From the NCBI RefSeq assembly GCF_964204865.1, contig NC_135254.1, positions 17,236,001-17,300,000 on the forward strand: DNA of 64,000 nt, written 5' to 3'. The position numbers were made by a program, and so were the translations under genes. Within the stretch, counting starts at the first letter, position 1. Each line of letters begins with the position of its first letter. Below the pieces are notes generated by a model, which saw only the letters and a list, made by a program, of their open reading frames with translations, did no database searches and was not told the DNA's origin. This DNA is from Styela clava. Taxonomy: Eukaryota. This document shows, in pieces, positions 25,801-40,800 of the stretch.

Positions 25801-28800
25801 CAGTTGTGTTATTACAATTTTCCTCATTTCAATTCTATTACGAGGGCGAGGACTGTCTGTGTTAGTCAAGTGACTACACCCCCTGAATATATGCCCATAG
25901 GCTTCTGTCCATTTACACAACTTGATGTAAAGTAGGCAAACAAAATTAGTTACCTCCACTTCCGGAGCGCCCAAAGGACAGTACTCTAATACCCTATTCT
26001 GTGGAGGCATTATTAAAACGGCAATGTCTTGTCTGGAGTAATTTGTAATTGACAATATTTTTCAGTCTATCGGGTAGGCTACTGTTTAGCTATAAGTATA
26101 ACCACTTCTGGGTGCCGGGTTTACACACTCAGAAGCACATATTGAGTGTTCCTGTTCATTTGAAGTGTTGTTATAATAATCGATATATGTTTGTTTCTGA
26201 AGTCAAACTACAACCGGTTTTGCTCTTATGTGGTCATGAATGATAATGATTTTCACGCATTGAGTTTGATCAATGCTGTCAACTTTTATGATTACACTTT
26301 TATTTCTGAATTTAATATTTTTTTTCGAATTGTTAAACGATAAGAAATTTCCATTTTCCCTTTTTTTAAACAATTTTATACTAAGCATGACTTTTGCTCA
26401 TAACTCGTCATTATTATTAATCATCTTCATCATTTGTAAGGGGTGTTATGACCATTTTCCATCAATTTTATCTGCTCATTTGAAATTTACGAAGGAATAA
26501 TGGAAATAAATAAATAATATGATTAGCTTATTTGAATGAATAAAACGGGAGCATTACAATTCAAAATTCGAATCCTAGATTTCAATGATGAAGATGCCAT
26601 GTTTGAATAATTTGACTCTCCAGTATTTTTGTCCACTTGTCATATTTTTGGGCGTCTTGTATAGTTTTGTACCACAGTAACTTCTAGTGGGTGTCGCGTA
26701 ACAATATTTTTTATATGACATATTTATATGCCATTGTCTCTGAACAAGGCTCAGACCAAGCAGCTACTTCTAGGTAAGGAGCTACTTTAGTTAGAAAGGA
26801 CTTACTGTAATTCTTCTGTTTAGCATTGCCTTCCAATTTTATTTCATCCTTGGTGAGATGATGGGTATGGAATTCAAAACCGAGATTTTAACCTGCAATC
26901 AGGGTTGTCCAAAACGAATCGAATATTCGAAATTATTCGAATATCAAAGTATTCGAATACCTTTTCGGCTCATTTCCGAATAATTACGAATAGTAGTCAC
27001 TTTTCGCCGTAAACACGGTGTTTCGTTTTACCGGAATCTTCAAACGACTTTTTACGCTTTCTCACGTATTGTAATGACTATGAAATAGAGTACGCATTTT
27101 GATTGTTTATATTCAGCGCGAATGTACGTCGCATAGTGTTGCGACACATTTGCACGTTTGCGTTGGTGGACATTGCCGACATTCGTCTTTTAATTCACAA
27201 AATCATTTCCATTAGTCGAAAAATCGACAATCCCCGTATTTCCCGGCTAATAAGTCGCTTTTCTAGACCCAATTTTGGCTTGATTTTTTGGGGGGAGGGG
27301 CGCCTTATAGAGAAAGCATGTTTATTTTATGTGGCCTGCTTATTTTTCGCATTAGTCTTCTCAAGCATAATTTGTGTTAACCTTATATTTAGTTCTTATG
27401 GGTCTGCCAATCATGATATTTAATCGTAGGCCGGTTATCGTTACTTAAAAGAGAAAACACGGCCACCGCCACCGAGATAAAGTAAGTGATTTATGACCCT
27501 TTGGTTTTGCCGATTCAGCAGAAAACGACAGGGACATGAAACACAGCTGTGAAATAACCCATGGACGTACCGTGTGGTACTTATCACATTTCAAAATTAT
27601 TTCAACATTCGGGTTGATAGGTTGTCCAAAATGATTGCCGCTTTATAATTTAAATTTACCGCTTCGTTGTTGAGAATAGTTAATTCCGTGAGTATGGTTC
27701 TACCAAACAAACATGATCTGGTTCTGTTTTGACCCTATAAAATTATAGATTGTTCAAAATGATTGTGATTTTTAACTTAAAATTACCGCTTTATTGTTAA
27801 AAATAGTTAATTCTGTGAGTATGATTCTACTAAACAAACGTGATCTGGTTCTAAACATTATTATTGGCGCATATTAGCATAACTGAACAACAGGGAACAA
27901 TTTTTCTACCCGTCTTCTTGGAGGCCTATATGGAAAAACCCCTTTTTTTGAGTGCTAAAAATATACATCGTCCTATTTGCCTTGTAGACTTATTAGCCGG
28001 GAAATACGGTATCTATAGCCGTAATTGTTACGATATCCAATAAATTGTCACAAGTTGGGAAACAAGTTGATTTATTGGAAAAATACTCTCACCCGCTTTC
28101 TGGCAAATAATTTTGATAATGATGGTCAAAAGTATCGATAATGAAAGTATTAATACCAAATACCACGGGTATTTGTGGGCATGAAATGTGTGGTAAACTG
28201 CCCAATTATAATTAATTTCGGATTCGTATTTACAAAATATTAAAACTATTATAACTCAAAAATACAACGGCGATTTGTGGACTTGAATGTGTAATAAAGT
28301 ATAAATTATTTTTCCGACTTGTGACAATTTTTTCGTGAGTAGGAAAATAAGAATCAAAAATTAATTATATTCGGGCACAATATCACGGCATTCTGTGGAC
28401 ATAAATTGTGAGGCAAACTCGCGATTGATATTAATTTTTGATTCCTATTTTCGTATTTACAAAATACAACGGTGATCTGTGGACATTGAATGTGTGGTAA
28501 ACTACCCGATTATAAATAGTTTTTGAACCCTATTTTCGTATTTATAAAATAATAAAAGTATTATTACACAAACATACAACGGCGATCTGCGAACTTAAAA
28601 TGTGTGGTAAAGTTCCCGAACTCATACTTTATCCCGCTTTTTGACAAATAATTTGGATAATGGTTGGTATTTAAAAGTATGGGCGTTTTACTAGGATGAT
28701 TTTGTGTTGCGCACGCATTCAAATTCATCACCGATACCACTATTTAAAACGCCTTGTCGTATTATTTTAATTCTGTTAATTAACACAACTCATGTTATAT

Positions 28801-31800
28801 AAAATATATATCGCAATAATCTGCAAACATGAAATGCCTGGTAATATAGCCAGGTTGTAGATAGAAGTTATTTCATTGTTTATTGTATGAAAATTCCTTC
28901 ATACACTCAGATTCTATTACTGGATTTTATTTTCGAAGTATTCGAAATTTCATATTCGAAAATAATAATTTCGAATGTATTCGAAATAGTGAACTATTCG
29001 GTATTGGCCATCCCTGCCTGCAATATCATCATGGTTGAGCTTAGTGCCTCAACCTCCAGGCCAAGGCACCCACTCTTTTTCCATTTTATACTACATTTTT
29101 AAGTTATGGGTTACTATTTTAAAAGTGAAAATTAAGTCTTACAGTTTATGCAGTAATAAAAGCCTCACAATTTTTTAATTTAGGAAAATGGGCTGGGACA
29201 AAATGTTGACAGCATTCTTTCATCGGAGTCTTCACCATTGTCGGAAAATTGTGATTTTGTTGATGAACTTCTACAAGATTTATTACAAAATCAATCGTCT
29301 TCTCAACAAAATATTATTACAGGTCAGATTGTGATTGACGTATAGGGTGACTGAACCCAGGTCATTTGGAACATATTCTAGAAAGAACATAACTTCTGTG
29401 CAAAGAAAGTTCAGAAATTTAATGAAGGAATTTTCAACCATACTGTATGGTCTCAATTGCTAGTTTTGAACATACTTGACAAGCTGACTTGCTTGAGATA
29501 TACCTCGAACACAATATTATCTCTATAACTGACATGGTCAAACTACGGCCCGCAGGCCAAATCTGGCCTGTCGGGTAATTCAATCTGGCCCGCCAGATGC
29601 TGCCACAACCAAACTAAAACCAAATTTTGATGTTTTAGCGGAAAATAACTCAAGGAATTTTTTGATTTTGCGATTAAATTTAGTTTTCGCATGAGGCTTA
29701 TTGTTTTCCACTTTTTCTTTTGTAACACTGTAAACATTGTTCATAAAATATAACTTTTATGTCACACTTACATGGCCCACCAGTCTAGATGGGCAAATTT
29801 TATGGCCCCGGGTCCAAAAACTTTACCTATCCCTGCTCTACAACATGGTCACATTTTATATTCTTTATAATTCAGATGATATTCTTCTCCAACAAGTCAC
29901 TTCGGGTGATGTAGGAACGAGGAGGTACTCAACTCATACTTCCTCCTCATCTGCCTACTCTTCTTGCTCTGACTCGGGCACTCCATCACCAACTGATCAG
30001 TTTTCTGATCACGGTTCTTGCTCATCAATAGACTTTCAAGACCATGATGTTATAAATTCAACTGTCATCGAATCTGATACTCTATTGATGAAAAAGACTC
30101 CCTTGCCTGTGAAGGCAATTTCTAAACCAAATTTAGTAAATCCAAAATTGAGTCAAAGTAAACGCAACTCAAAGACAGTGGATTGTATTAAAAAACTACA
30201 AGAAACTGACTTGGATAAAGCTGTTCGGCTCGCATGTGAGGAAACAAACAGACTTTTGCGTTTACATAGGTCGGTATCAAACGGCCAAACCGAATCCCCT
30301 GTCTCTTCGCCTCTTAATAACGATGGAAATGGGGTCAAAACAACAGAGAACAAACCTGAAAATGATCTTCTAAAAAGTTTATGTGAAGAAACTATTCTCG
30401 ATAATTCAGTGTCTCAGAAGAAAAATCGCAAAATCAAAGTTACAGGTACATTACCAGGTCAGTAACTCTCAAAATCTGTGTTAATAATGAAAATTGATAT
30501 TTGTTCAGGCCACCAAGATTCAATTCAAATGCTTTTAATTTAACAAGTTGTGGAATAGAATAGTTGTTAAGAGATGTTTCTAAATGTATGTTTGCATATT
30601 TATGGCTCATAAACATTTTGTGAGTTATCCATCAACAGTTTTTAATAATAGCACCGTATTTGAATGAATATCTCTAATATTGAATGAAATAAGAAACTTT
30701 ATGTAAATTTTATAAAAAAAAGCAGTAGTTTTAAAAAAAATTTAACAAAGTAGAAAAAACTATTATGAACAGCATTGAATTAAATTTGGTTGGATGGCAA
30801 CTCTTCAACCATTAACTGTAAACACTTCTATCGGTACCAGGTTAGGGTTAGGCCATAATTTTATTCCGATTTTTTTTATTATAGTTCTATTACGTGGTGT
30901 GGGACTGTCTGTGATAGCCAAGTGAATATATATCCCTGCCCATTGGCTCTCGTCCCTTCACACAACTTGATGTAAAATAGGCAAACAAAATTAGTTACCT
31001 CCATATTGGTACACACACTTCTGGAGTGCTCTTCTATTAATAAATCACAAAAATATTTAAAGTACCGGTAATTGAAAATGTGTTTCATGCCAATTTACAC
31101 ACTTTTATCAATCAATAAACCTAGCATGTTTTTGAATTTTCAGACAATCATCCGAATTCTACTAAACCACAAAAAAGAAAAGCAAGCAGTCTTCAGAATG
31201 CAATTGACAGGTTATATTCTGCTAACAAGACAATGTGCCTGAGTTCACAATTGTCAAGTCAGCCAACGCCATTCAACCGTTCAGCATTGTTAAATAATCT
31301 AAATGGTAAGTAAGTGAGGGATATTTATGTGCGAGAGGATTGCTGGACTCCTCGCTGTTGGTAGGGTAGTTTACATAATGACTGGTTAATTACGGCTTCC
31401 TCCACCATTTGGTCTATGCATCTAAAACAAATAATTAGCTAACAATGCACATACCTGGATGGACACAAATGGACTGGTAACAGCACGAGAGGCTGTGGTT
31501 CGGCATATAATTAAACTGCCTTGTCGCTTTCCTATAAATCCTATCCTATCTCAAGTTGATAATTGAAGTTTGGAAAGGTACAGTACTTACTTACTTGTCT
31601 ATCAAAGACAGCTTGTACTACTCATCCATCAGGTTACTGTAATTTGAAATTTCACTTTTGCCCCTACATATACTTCAATTGCTATTTCTGATATTGTTTT
31701 ATCGACTATTTCTAGGTAATTCACAATCACATGTTACAAAGCCTGTGCAATTAGAATCCATCAATATAGGATCGAAGGAGTCGTGTTTTATTGTGAGTTT

Positions 31801-34800
31801 TGTATTTAAAAGCATTTTATCTTAATTAATAGAAACTCAATTGCAGTGAAAAGGCTCCGAATGATTTGTAAATTTTTATCATTTTTAGGTTTTTTATTAT
31901 ATCATATTTTTCGTCAATAACCTTTTTCAAGATCATATATGATGAAAGTACTTCATATGACTTTGAGTGTAAACTATGACCAAAAAGCTGTTTCATTGTT
32001 TCAGACTCAAATTTATCATAATTTTATTGAAGTTGAATGAAAATATTTTTTTGCCCTTGTTAAACAATATTAGTACATACCAAATTTGTGAATAGATTAA
32101 AATTTCTGGTAGATCAGAGAACAAAGTGAATTTTATTGTCCAAATCTAAAAATCTTTATATTGTAATTTATAGAACTCTATAGTAAAGTAGTGTGGACCA
32201 AAAAAATCCATGAATTTCTCAATTCTTTGAAAATGAAGAAATTTTACTCCACAAAAATTGTGTATTAAAAGTTTTCAGTATACTTAGAGTTAAGCTTTTT
32301 CTGGATTATGTTTTAAATGACCTAGGTTCTTGTTTGGGCGCTCCAAAAGTGTGTGTACCAATATGGAGGTAACTAATTTTGTTCGCTTATTTCACATCAA
32401 GTTGTGTAAAGGGACTGAAACCTATGGGCAGGGGGATATTTACAGGACTAACACAGACAGTCCCCGAACTCGTAATAGAACCAAAATAAGGAAAATCTGA
32501 ATAAAATTATGGCTTAACTCTAACCTGGTACACATACTACGGTAGTACTTTTTAAATGACCTGGGTTCTTGTTTTTGCGGTATCTTATACTTTCTAATTT
32601 TTCAAATACTTCTGCCAGGTATCTCAACCTTCGCAACCACCAACAACACAGAAAATTACATTAGAAGGGGTCAACGGTCAACAAACTTACACGCTCACCC
32701 CCACAACACCCCCAACAGCCGCCCCAATTCAAGTCTACATCAAGCAAGAATCACCCACATATCAATCAGCTCCATTAGTCAACGGATTTATTCAATCATC
32801 TCCACAAAGTGTTTTATCTAATCAGAAGGTAAAATATAGTCGGCCATGTTTTAACTTAATACCGTAACAGTATCTTGGATGCAATACGGCTCAGTTAGGT
32901 TTCTGTATCGTTAATAAGTGTTTCATTCATGTTTATATACCTTATATATCTTCTTTTTATTAAATACTTTGAGTGGGTATCAATCCTTCAATCTCTATTC
33001 GTTCTATCCCCTTTTTATTTTTTTTTGTTGGCTTCGTTATTGGTTAATAGAAGTTGAGCATTCTTTAATCAATTTTACATCAAGAATTTAGATTTAGGTA
33101 TATTATGTCACTTTTATTTTTTTTACACTTTTACTATTTTTACATTGTCTTCATGATGTCAACCATCATAACTGAATTCTAGATAATCCATCTATCTGAT
33201 TATGGATTTCCATAATTCTTTTTTCAATTGATTATTCGAAAGGGAATTATATTATGATTTATTTTTCAGGTGTACGTTACAACAGGTTCAAATTCTAATG
33301 TTACGTCAGCTCCATGCATATCCATTGTTAAACCTGAACAATTGTTATGTAACAATGGACAAACAATCGTTATACAGCAACCTCAACAACAATCTTCTTT
33401 ACTAAAACCAGTGAATATATCAAACATGAAACCAGGTTGGGATTTTGTTTTATGAATTCTTGACTAATTTTTTGGTCACACACGCTTACTCAGGGATTAG
33501 GGAGATTGATCTTTGAGCACAATTACAGGCGTCCACGAAAATTCCAGGAGCTACTAGAACTATAGGGGATTTATTATAGAATCGCACATTAGTATATACA
33601 AATTAATGCAAGATTTTTAGTGATGGCCTAGAACTGTGTAACTCTCATGCTTACCACCTCACTCAGGGATCAATAAACCACCTCACTCAGGGTTCAATAA
33701 ACCACCTCACTCAGGGTACAATAAATTGGGTAGGCAATGCCGAACCAACAAGATTTTTCCTGTCCTCCGAAATATATTAACTTCTTGGGTATTCAGGAGG
33801 GCTCGTATACAGCCGTGTTTGGAGCAAACGGTGTGAAATAAGGGCCAATGAAAATTGTTAATTCCACTGCAAAAATGGCGCAACTAGAAAAAGGGGGCTC
33901 CCGAAGTATGCGAACCAAGATGGCGGACATCGGAATGTAATATGTGTACTAGGTTAGGGTTAGGCCATAATTTTAGGTATAAATACTACGGGAGGCTCTT
34001 GGCTAGTCTTCGAACTGATAATAGGACTAAAATAAGGAAAATTGGAAAAAAATTATGGCCTAACCCTAACCTGTTACCCATGTTACGTTCCGATGTCCGC
34101 CATCTTGGTTTGCATACCTCGGGAGCACCAGAAAAAGACATTTAATTTTCTGAGTTTGAAATACCTAATTGAGTGAATTTCAATTTTTTCCTCAATTTGT
34201 TTCCTTGGGCCTTTCCATCTTAAAATAATTTAATTAATTTAATTGTGGATTCATTTCAGTTGTACTTTTACCACATTCTCAGGTACAGAACCTATGCTGC
34301 TTTCCCAGTCTGATTTATCACGCTTGGCTGCTCAAGGTGTCATCAAATTTCCGACCAAAAAAGTTGAACGGAATTTAATGCCGGTTTCTGATGAAAGTAA
34401 AGTGCAATTAAAAAGTAAGTTTGGACATTTTTAATGTTAAATAAAGTGGAATTTATATTGTTCTTAGCATGGCTATTATTTGGACTATAATATGTATTCA
34501 AAAAGTAGATTATTCAATTTTGGCCATTTTTGGTCATAACTTAATTTAGTCAATGCACTTTGAATTAATTTACAGGGGAATCGAAATCATTGTCACAAAC
34601 ATCCAAAGCTATCACTCCTACAGTATGTGATATACTTCCATCAGAAGCAGCAGGAATTATTAACGGTACTTCAGTGTTTGTGCATGGTACAAACAATCAA
34701 CCACAACGTGGAGAATTAGATGTAAGTGTGTTAATTTTATTAACATATATCTTTATGGAAAGGTAATAAATTATAGACAAAATTCCTCTTCGATTTAAGC

Positions 34801-37800
34801 TTATATAATATATATTGTGTTTTTCTCTTTAGGTAAAAGCACTAAAACGTCATCAGCGAATGATTAAAAACAGAGCTTCTGCTTGTGAGTCAAGGCAAAG
34901 ACGAAAAGAGGTAAAATGGATGAATTCTATAATCTGTATAGCATGTTATTTTTACACATTGTTGGTAATTTTTTTGGCGCTTTAGAAGTGTGTGTACCAA
35001 TATGGAAGTAACTAATTTTGTTCGCCTACTTTATGTCGAGTTGTATAAAGGGGCTGCTATTGTATAAAGCCCCTTTATGGGATATATTCACTTGGCTAAC
35101 ACAAACAGTCCCAAACTCGTAATAGAACTAAAATAAGGAAAATCGATAAATATAATTATGGCCTAATCCTAACCTGGTACACACACTACGGGAGTACCTT
35201 TTTTATATTATGTGTTATCCTACACGACCATTCATAAAACAGTGCATTTTTTATAATCCTTCAGTATCTGAAAACATTAGAAGACCAAGTTTCTGAAGTA
35301 GCTGAAGAAAACAAAGGTCTCAGAGAAGAAAATAACTGTCTTAAAGCAAGGCTTAGAGAATTGGAAATCGAGGTGGGTTGTGTTTTAACTAGAATTTTCT
35401 CGTTGTATATGAATATTCATAGTTTTTAAATGTTTTATGTTATGTTACAGAACCAGAATCTGAGGAATATCATCAATATAACACAATCAAAACAAAAGAA
35501 AGCTGCTTGTTTATTAATGCTCATGCTATTTATTGGAATTAATTTCTCTCCTATTGGGTAAGCTACTATGGGTAATAGTTTTTTTATGCAAGCGTTTCGT
35601 GTCTTCAATCTGAACAAGGTACTATGCAAGAGACCATTGTTTCTGAGGGATCTCTGGCTGAAACTCATGCCCAGTACTCACCCATGGTATCCCAAATTTG
35701 GGTTGGTAATGCCAAAACTGGAGAGATGCCAATTCTTACTCACATGGTATGTATCAGTGCCTTGTTAATAATATGAAGGCCTGAACACTATAATATTTAT
35801 GAATCTTATATGTCTTATGTGTTTTGTAATCTTAGCAGGTTAGACTCAAAAAATATTAATATTGAGATATGCCTGAATATATTTGTCAGTAAGTTGAAAT
35901 ATTTTATTCGGATAGACTACTCTGCTTGGCAAACTTAGGATATGATTTTCTTGTTTATCCAAGTAAATGTATGCCCTTCGGGCATCCTGCGAGGGGCGAC
36001 AGGGTTCTTGAATGTCTTGGATGATCAAGCCGTGAATGTTTTCTGACGTGCAGTCCGCTACCTATCACCACCCCTTCAGCACTGTCGTGACCCTCCAAGA
36101 ACAGTCATTTCAGTTCAAAGTGTATCAGCGTCGATTTGTCGGAACAAATAAATTGCCAGTCGATCATGTGGAAGCATTTGTCCATTCTGGGTTTACCAGG
36201 CATTCATTTCATGGCAGGTACCATTTTGTTTATCTATATTTATTATGAATTTCAGGTTGTTTGGAAATTCTGACGAGACCAATAATGATCCGTTTGTTGG
36301 AAGTTATCCCAGTAATGGTTTAGCTATGCCAGTATCTGGCCAAAGTTCTGTTCGATCTGGAAGGCATTTATTATCAATATTAAATGATAACGACGATAGC
36401 GGTAACAATAATTCGGTGAAAATGAGCAAAGCAACATCAAATCGCAATAAGATTAAAGCGGATGATAAAAGTTTAATTTCCTCCAAAACAGAAAGTTATT
36501 GGATGGATGATCTTGTCCAAGAATATAAAAACAAACACCTTGAAAAGTAAGAAATTATTTTTTTTGTTCAAAGCTATTATGAATTCAACCATTTTGTTAA
36601 CCTTAAATTAATTTTAATTGAAAGCCAGCTGATTTATTTTGAAAGTAATGTATCTTACAATATAATACAGAAATACATTTATGTTATTGTGCAGCAGCAC
36701 TCTTGGATTGCATTGTATTAACCAAATAGATTTTAAAATCAATCGTCCACATAGCTATTCTTTCATAGAATATTCTAAATATCGTAGTTCATATTGTCTC
36801 TGACAATGTGTTTGTCTACGCAAAATTTCTATCATCGGTTAGTCTTTGGACCAGTGGTTCTCAAACTTTTTAACTTGCGCCCCCTTTTTTAGAAATTGTC
36901 GAGTCTCGCGTCCCACCTCAAAAATAACTAACTAACAATAAGCTACAATCAAAAAGCACGTTGAAAATACGTGGATGGAACGTAAATATCCAAAATAAAA
37001 AAATGTAAATATCTAAAATAAGGCAGGCAAGATCAAATCTAACAAATATTTTTATTTTTAATTAGCTTCAAGCCCTCTCAAAAAATTGTCTAAGCCCACC
37101 CCTCTTGTGCGGCGTGCCCTATCGTATGATAACCACTGCTTTGGACCATATTCATTATCATTTTGCATACTTTCTAGTTGATGAGATGAATGGGCTCAGT
37201 TTTTTGATTGTTAACTAATAATAATAAGTTCAAATGTTCACTAAATATTCAAAAATTTGGCTCAACTCTGTTGGTAGATAATCTCTATTAGCTCTTTTCT
37301 CATTGTTTTAGTTTTCTTCGTCTTTTGAGTGAAACAACGTCAAACTCAGTGAAACGTATGTTGAGAAGAAAACTGAAAGAAGAATTAGGAATCTCTATTC
37401 CTTTACCTGTTCCACGACATAGAAGGATATCATACACTCGTAAGTTAATATTGATTTATTATATCAAACACATACCAGACAACAGTGAATGAATTATATT
37501 ATGAGCAGTCACTAGTGGATGATCATTTAGGCATGTTAGGTTCTTGATTTTCATTACTGTTAACATTCTATTGAATTAATTTATACCAATGAATTTTCTT
37601 TTTTCGAGATAGAAAATGGCTATTACACTATATTGAGATATAAAAATCGATTTGGGAATCAAGATGATTATTGTCTAAATATACAAATATGCCATCCTGG
37701 ATATTTTATTCATGTATATGTTCTAGGCCAGTGGTTCTCAAACCGTGCAGCAAAGAGAACTATTTGACAGGGCGTGAAGCTAAATAAAAATAAAAATATT

Positions 37801-40800
37801 TCTTAGAATTGATCTCGCTCGCCTTATTTTGGATATTTACATTTCTTTATGCTTTAGGGATTGCGATTCCATCCACGTATTTTCAACATGTTTTTTGAAT
37901 GAATCATACTTTCGCCTTAATATCTGTTATCTGTAGCTTATTGCTGGAACCACCGTTCCAGGTTATTAAAATATTCCATATCGAATAAATAGCCTGACAC
38001 AATAATAATAGATAGGTCTATTTAAAGAAGAAGAAAAAACAATTTTAACATTTTTCCTTCACAAAGTTTCAAATGTAAATGATTTCAAGTACTCGGTAAG
38101 CTACATCTGTATATTTGTCTTCAATGCTTTACTGCTATACTGAAATGAAAGTTCTTATGTTTAACGATTTTTATAGCTCGTGTTGCGAAACAAAGAGCAG
38201 ACAGAAACACCATGGCGAAGTCAACCATAAAATCAACAAATGAGAAGGTATTGTAACTTTAATGGCGTCTTTTTTTCTAAAAAATGTAAGAAATCAGAAT
38301 AAGACGGAATGTCGGAGATTAATTAAAAATATTCAACAAAAATTTTTTTTTAAATTCAATTTTATCTAATTTTATGAAGTTTATTTTAGCCTATACAATA
38401 ATTTTTGGATTTTTTTTCATGCTTGACAAATTTATTATCCATTAATTGAATTACACCGAGATAATTTCAAAATATTGTAACGGTCTTACTTGGGTATATG
38501 TAGTATACTGGAAATCATTTCTGTATCGGGTATATTGCGAACATCTAATATACCACAGCTATAGCTGGTATTCAGAATGATTGTCTTAGGTGCACAGGTT
38601 ATTTAACAGTTTCCTATTTACTAAGCATCCTTCCTTGTCTTGCGGGTACAGGATCTCATCATACTATGACACAGGAAGTTTTATAATATGAATGTTCATT
38701 CATAATTGTATCTATTATTCAAGCTTGGTTTATATAAAATTCACACCCAGGAATTGCCAAAATGAATTAATCTGCGATCCTGAAAATATAGAGTATCCAG
38801 AAAGTCTTGAAAAAAAACAATTGCAAAGGGAATTTATCAATACCTTTTATTGTTTTGGCCCTCACAGATGTATTGAATGAAGTAAAAATACTTAAACAAT
38901 TACTGATTAAAAAACAACAAACCTGGTTAAGATATATTAGGAACTGACTTTATAACAATATTGAAATTGTAAAAGGACTTTATGTGGCCCCTTTATTATG
39001 GAAATGGAATATCGCATATTTTTCAATATTTGACAAATTCCCAACATTCACGATGCTGATTCTATATTTTATTTTCGTAATAGAACGACCTTACTTCAAG
39101 TATATCTCCTATCATGAGGGGTGAGATGAAGATGCCAACATCTTGGCCTCAACCCTGCGAACAACCTCATGTTCAAGACCAATCTCCCGCGCTCAATGAG
39201 ACCGAAACCATCAGGTATGAGGGAGTGATCGTATGATTGCCAATATACTATTATACTTAACTAACAATAACTTTTTTCATTTCTGAAATAAGATTTAAAA
39301 TCTATTTCAAATGAAGGGGATATCATATGACATCTTTTCATTTATCTCAGTGGAAATGAAAGCCAATTAGACAGCCTAATCGTACAGTCAGACATGAGAA
39401 TTTTTTCCAATTAATCGTTTCAAATTCGTAAATAAATTATTAGATGGTAGAGGAAGCAATAAGTGAACAGATGTCCTATCCAGATGATCCAACCCATACA
39501 GCAGGGAGTACTGCAATCTTTGCACACATATCCTTTCCTTGCAGAAGTCGCCTATTTAGTTCCACAGACAGTAAAATTCAGAACTAGACTGGATAGGATT
39601 TACAAATTTATCCCAGGGGAGAGGAGGGAAGGTGATAAGTCGGCTTAATCATATGGCTGACCACCGCCTCTCGTACGGTTACCAGTCCTTGCCGAGTATG
39701 GGATTAATTGACCAGGTATTTGTTTCCAGATTCATGCGTGGTAACAGTTGAATGGTCAAATGCTAATATATACATGAATTTGTAGTTATGCTTTGTTCGG
39801 TTATAATTAAATCAAACTCTGAACAATCGGCAATGGATTTTGAAAGCCACATAAAATGTATAGTTGAATTCTAAAACTTTATTTAAACTTTTAAAAAATA
39901 TATAGATCTTGGAAAGCAATTATGAGCTCTGGTAAATAATATAACAGTTTCAATTGTTAGGATTTACCATATCTATGATTTTTAACCAGATACAAATAGT
40001 TATAATATATCATACCTCACAGGGTTCATTCAGACACATGGAAATACCCTTGCTGTTATAAGTTGTTTTCTAGTCATTGTCATCTGTTTATTATTTTAAT
40101 ATCTTATTTGATTTTTGTTTGTAGAGTCAATGATGATTTAACTCAATGGGCCAAACGATATTCTGTTGACAGACAAGAGAAAGCACAAAAGAAAGCCCAA
40201 ACCAAAAAGGTGACTTTTCTAATTCTAACTATGATTGATTTAATTCTGAATAACGCCATAGTATTTGATCTCATATTTTGTCTTTTCCTCAAGAAAATTG
40301 TTACTTTGAATCATTTTTGGCATAATAAAATTTTGATTAAATTTCACTGTAAATGTTTTTAAGGTAATCAATTTTAATCAATTTTTCTTTCTATATTCCT
40401 TGTTCCCTTGCAGATACATGTTATATTTATTGCAGCTAACTTCTAGTAAATTGTACTGTCATTATTATTATCACCTAACATTATTCTTACCTTCTAGCTG
40501 GTGGAGAAAAAAGTTAGAAATACCAAATCACCATCTTCTAGATATGACGACTTTGAAAAGTAAGTAGAGTGTCCTTTGAGAAATGTACTGCCTGCTTGTC
40601 ATGATTTCCATGTATGTTGTTTAGTTTTTATTCTGCATTCTGCATTTTCGAACCAAACATGGCCACTGATTTGTACCACTCTTCAATGCTCTGAAATCTT
40701 TCCAGTTGGACATGGCCGACAGTGGGATTTTGACTCGAAATATTGAAACTGCAGTGCCTATATAAGTATTTCAATTCTCGTCAACCACAGGCAATCATTC

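Noticed and set aside
29737-30465. 242-aa ORF as a standalone gene
   Set aside because: It is an ATF6 internal exon (about 29876-30446) read through from intronic and MITE sequence.
33653-33724. Direct repeats resembling a CRISPR array
   Set aside because: Units are head to tail with no unique spacers, the context is a eukaryotic intron, and there are no cas genes.
33951-34072. GGTTAGGGTTAGG as interstitial telomere or fusion site
   Set aside because: Only about two units per side, and they are part of MITE terminal inverted repeats.
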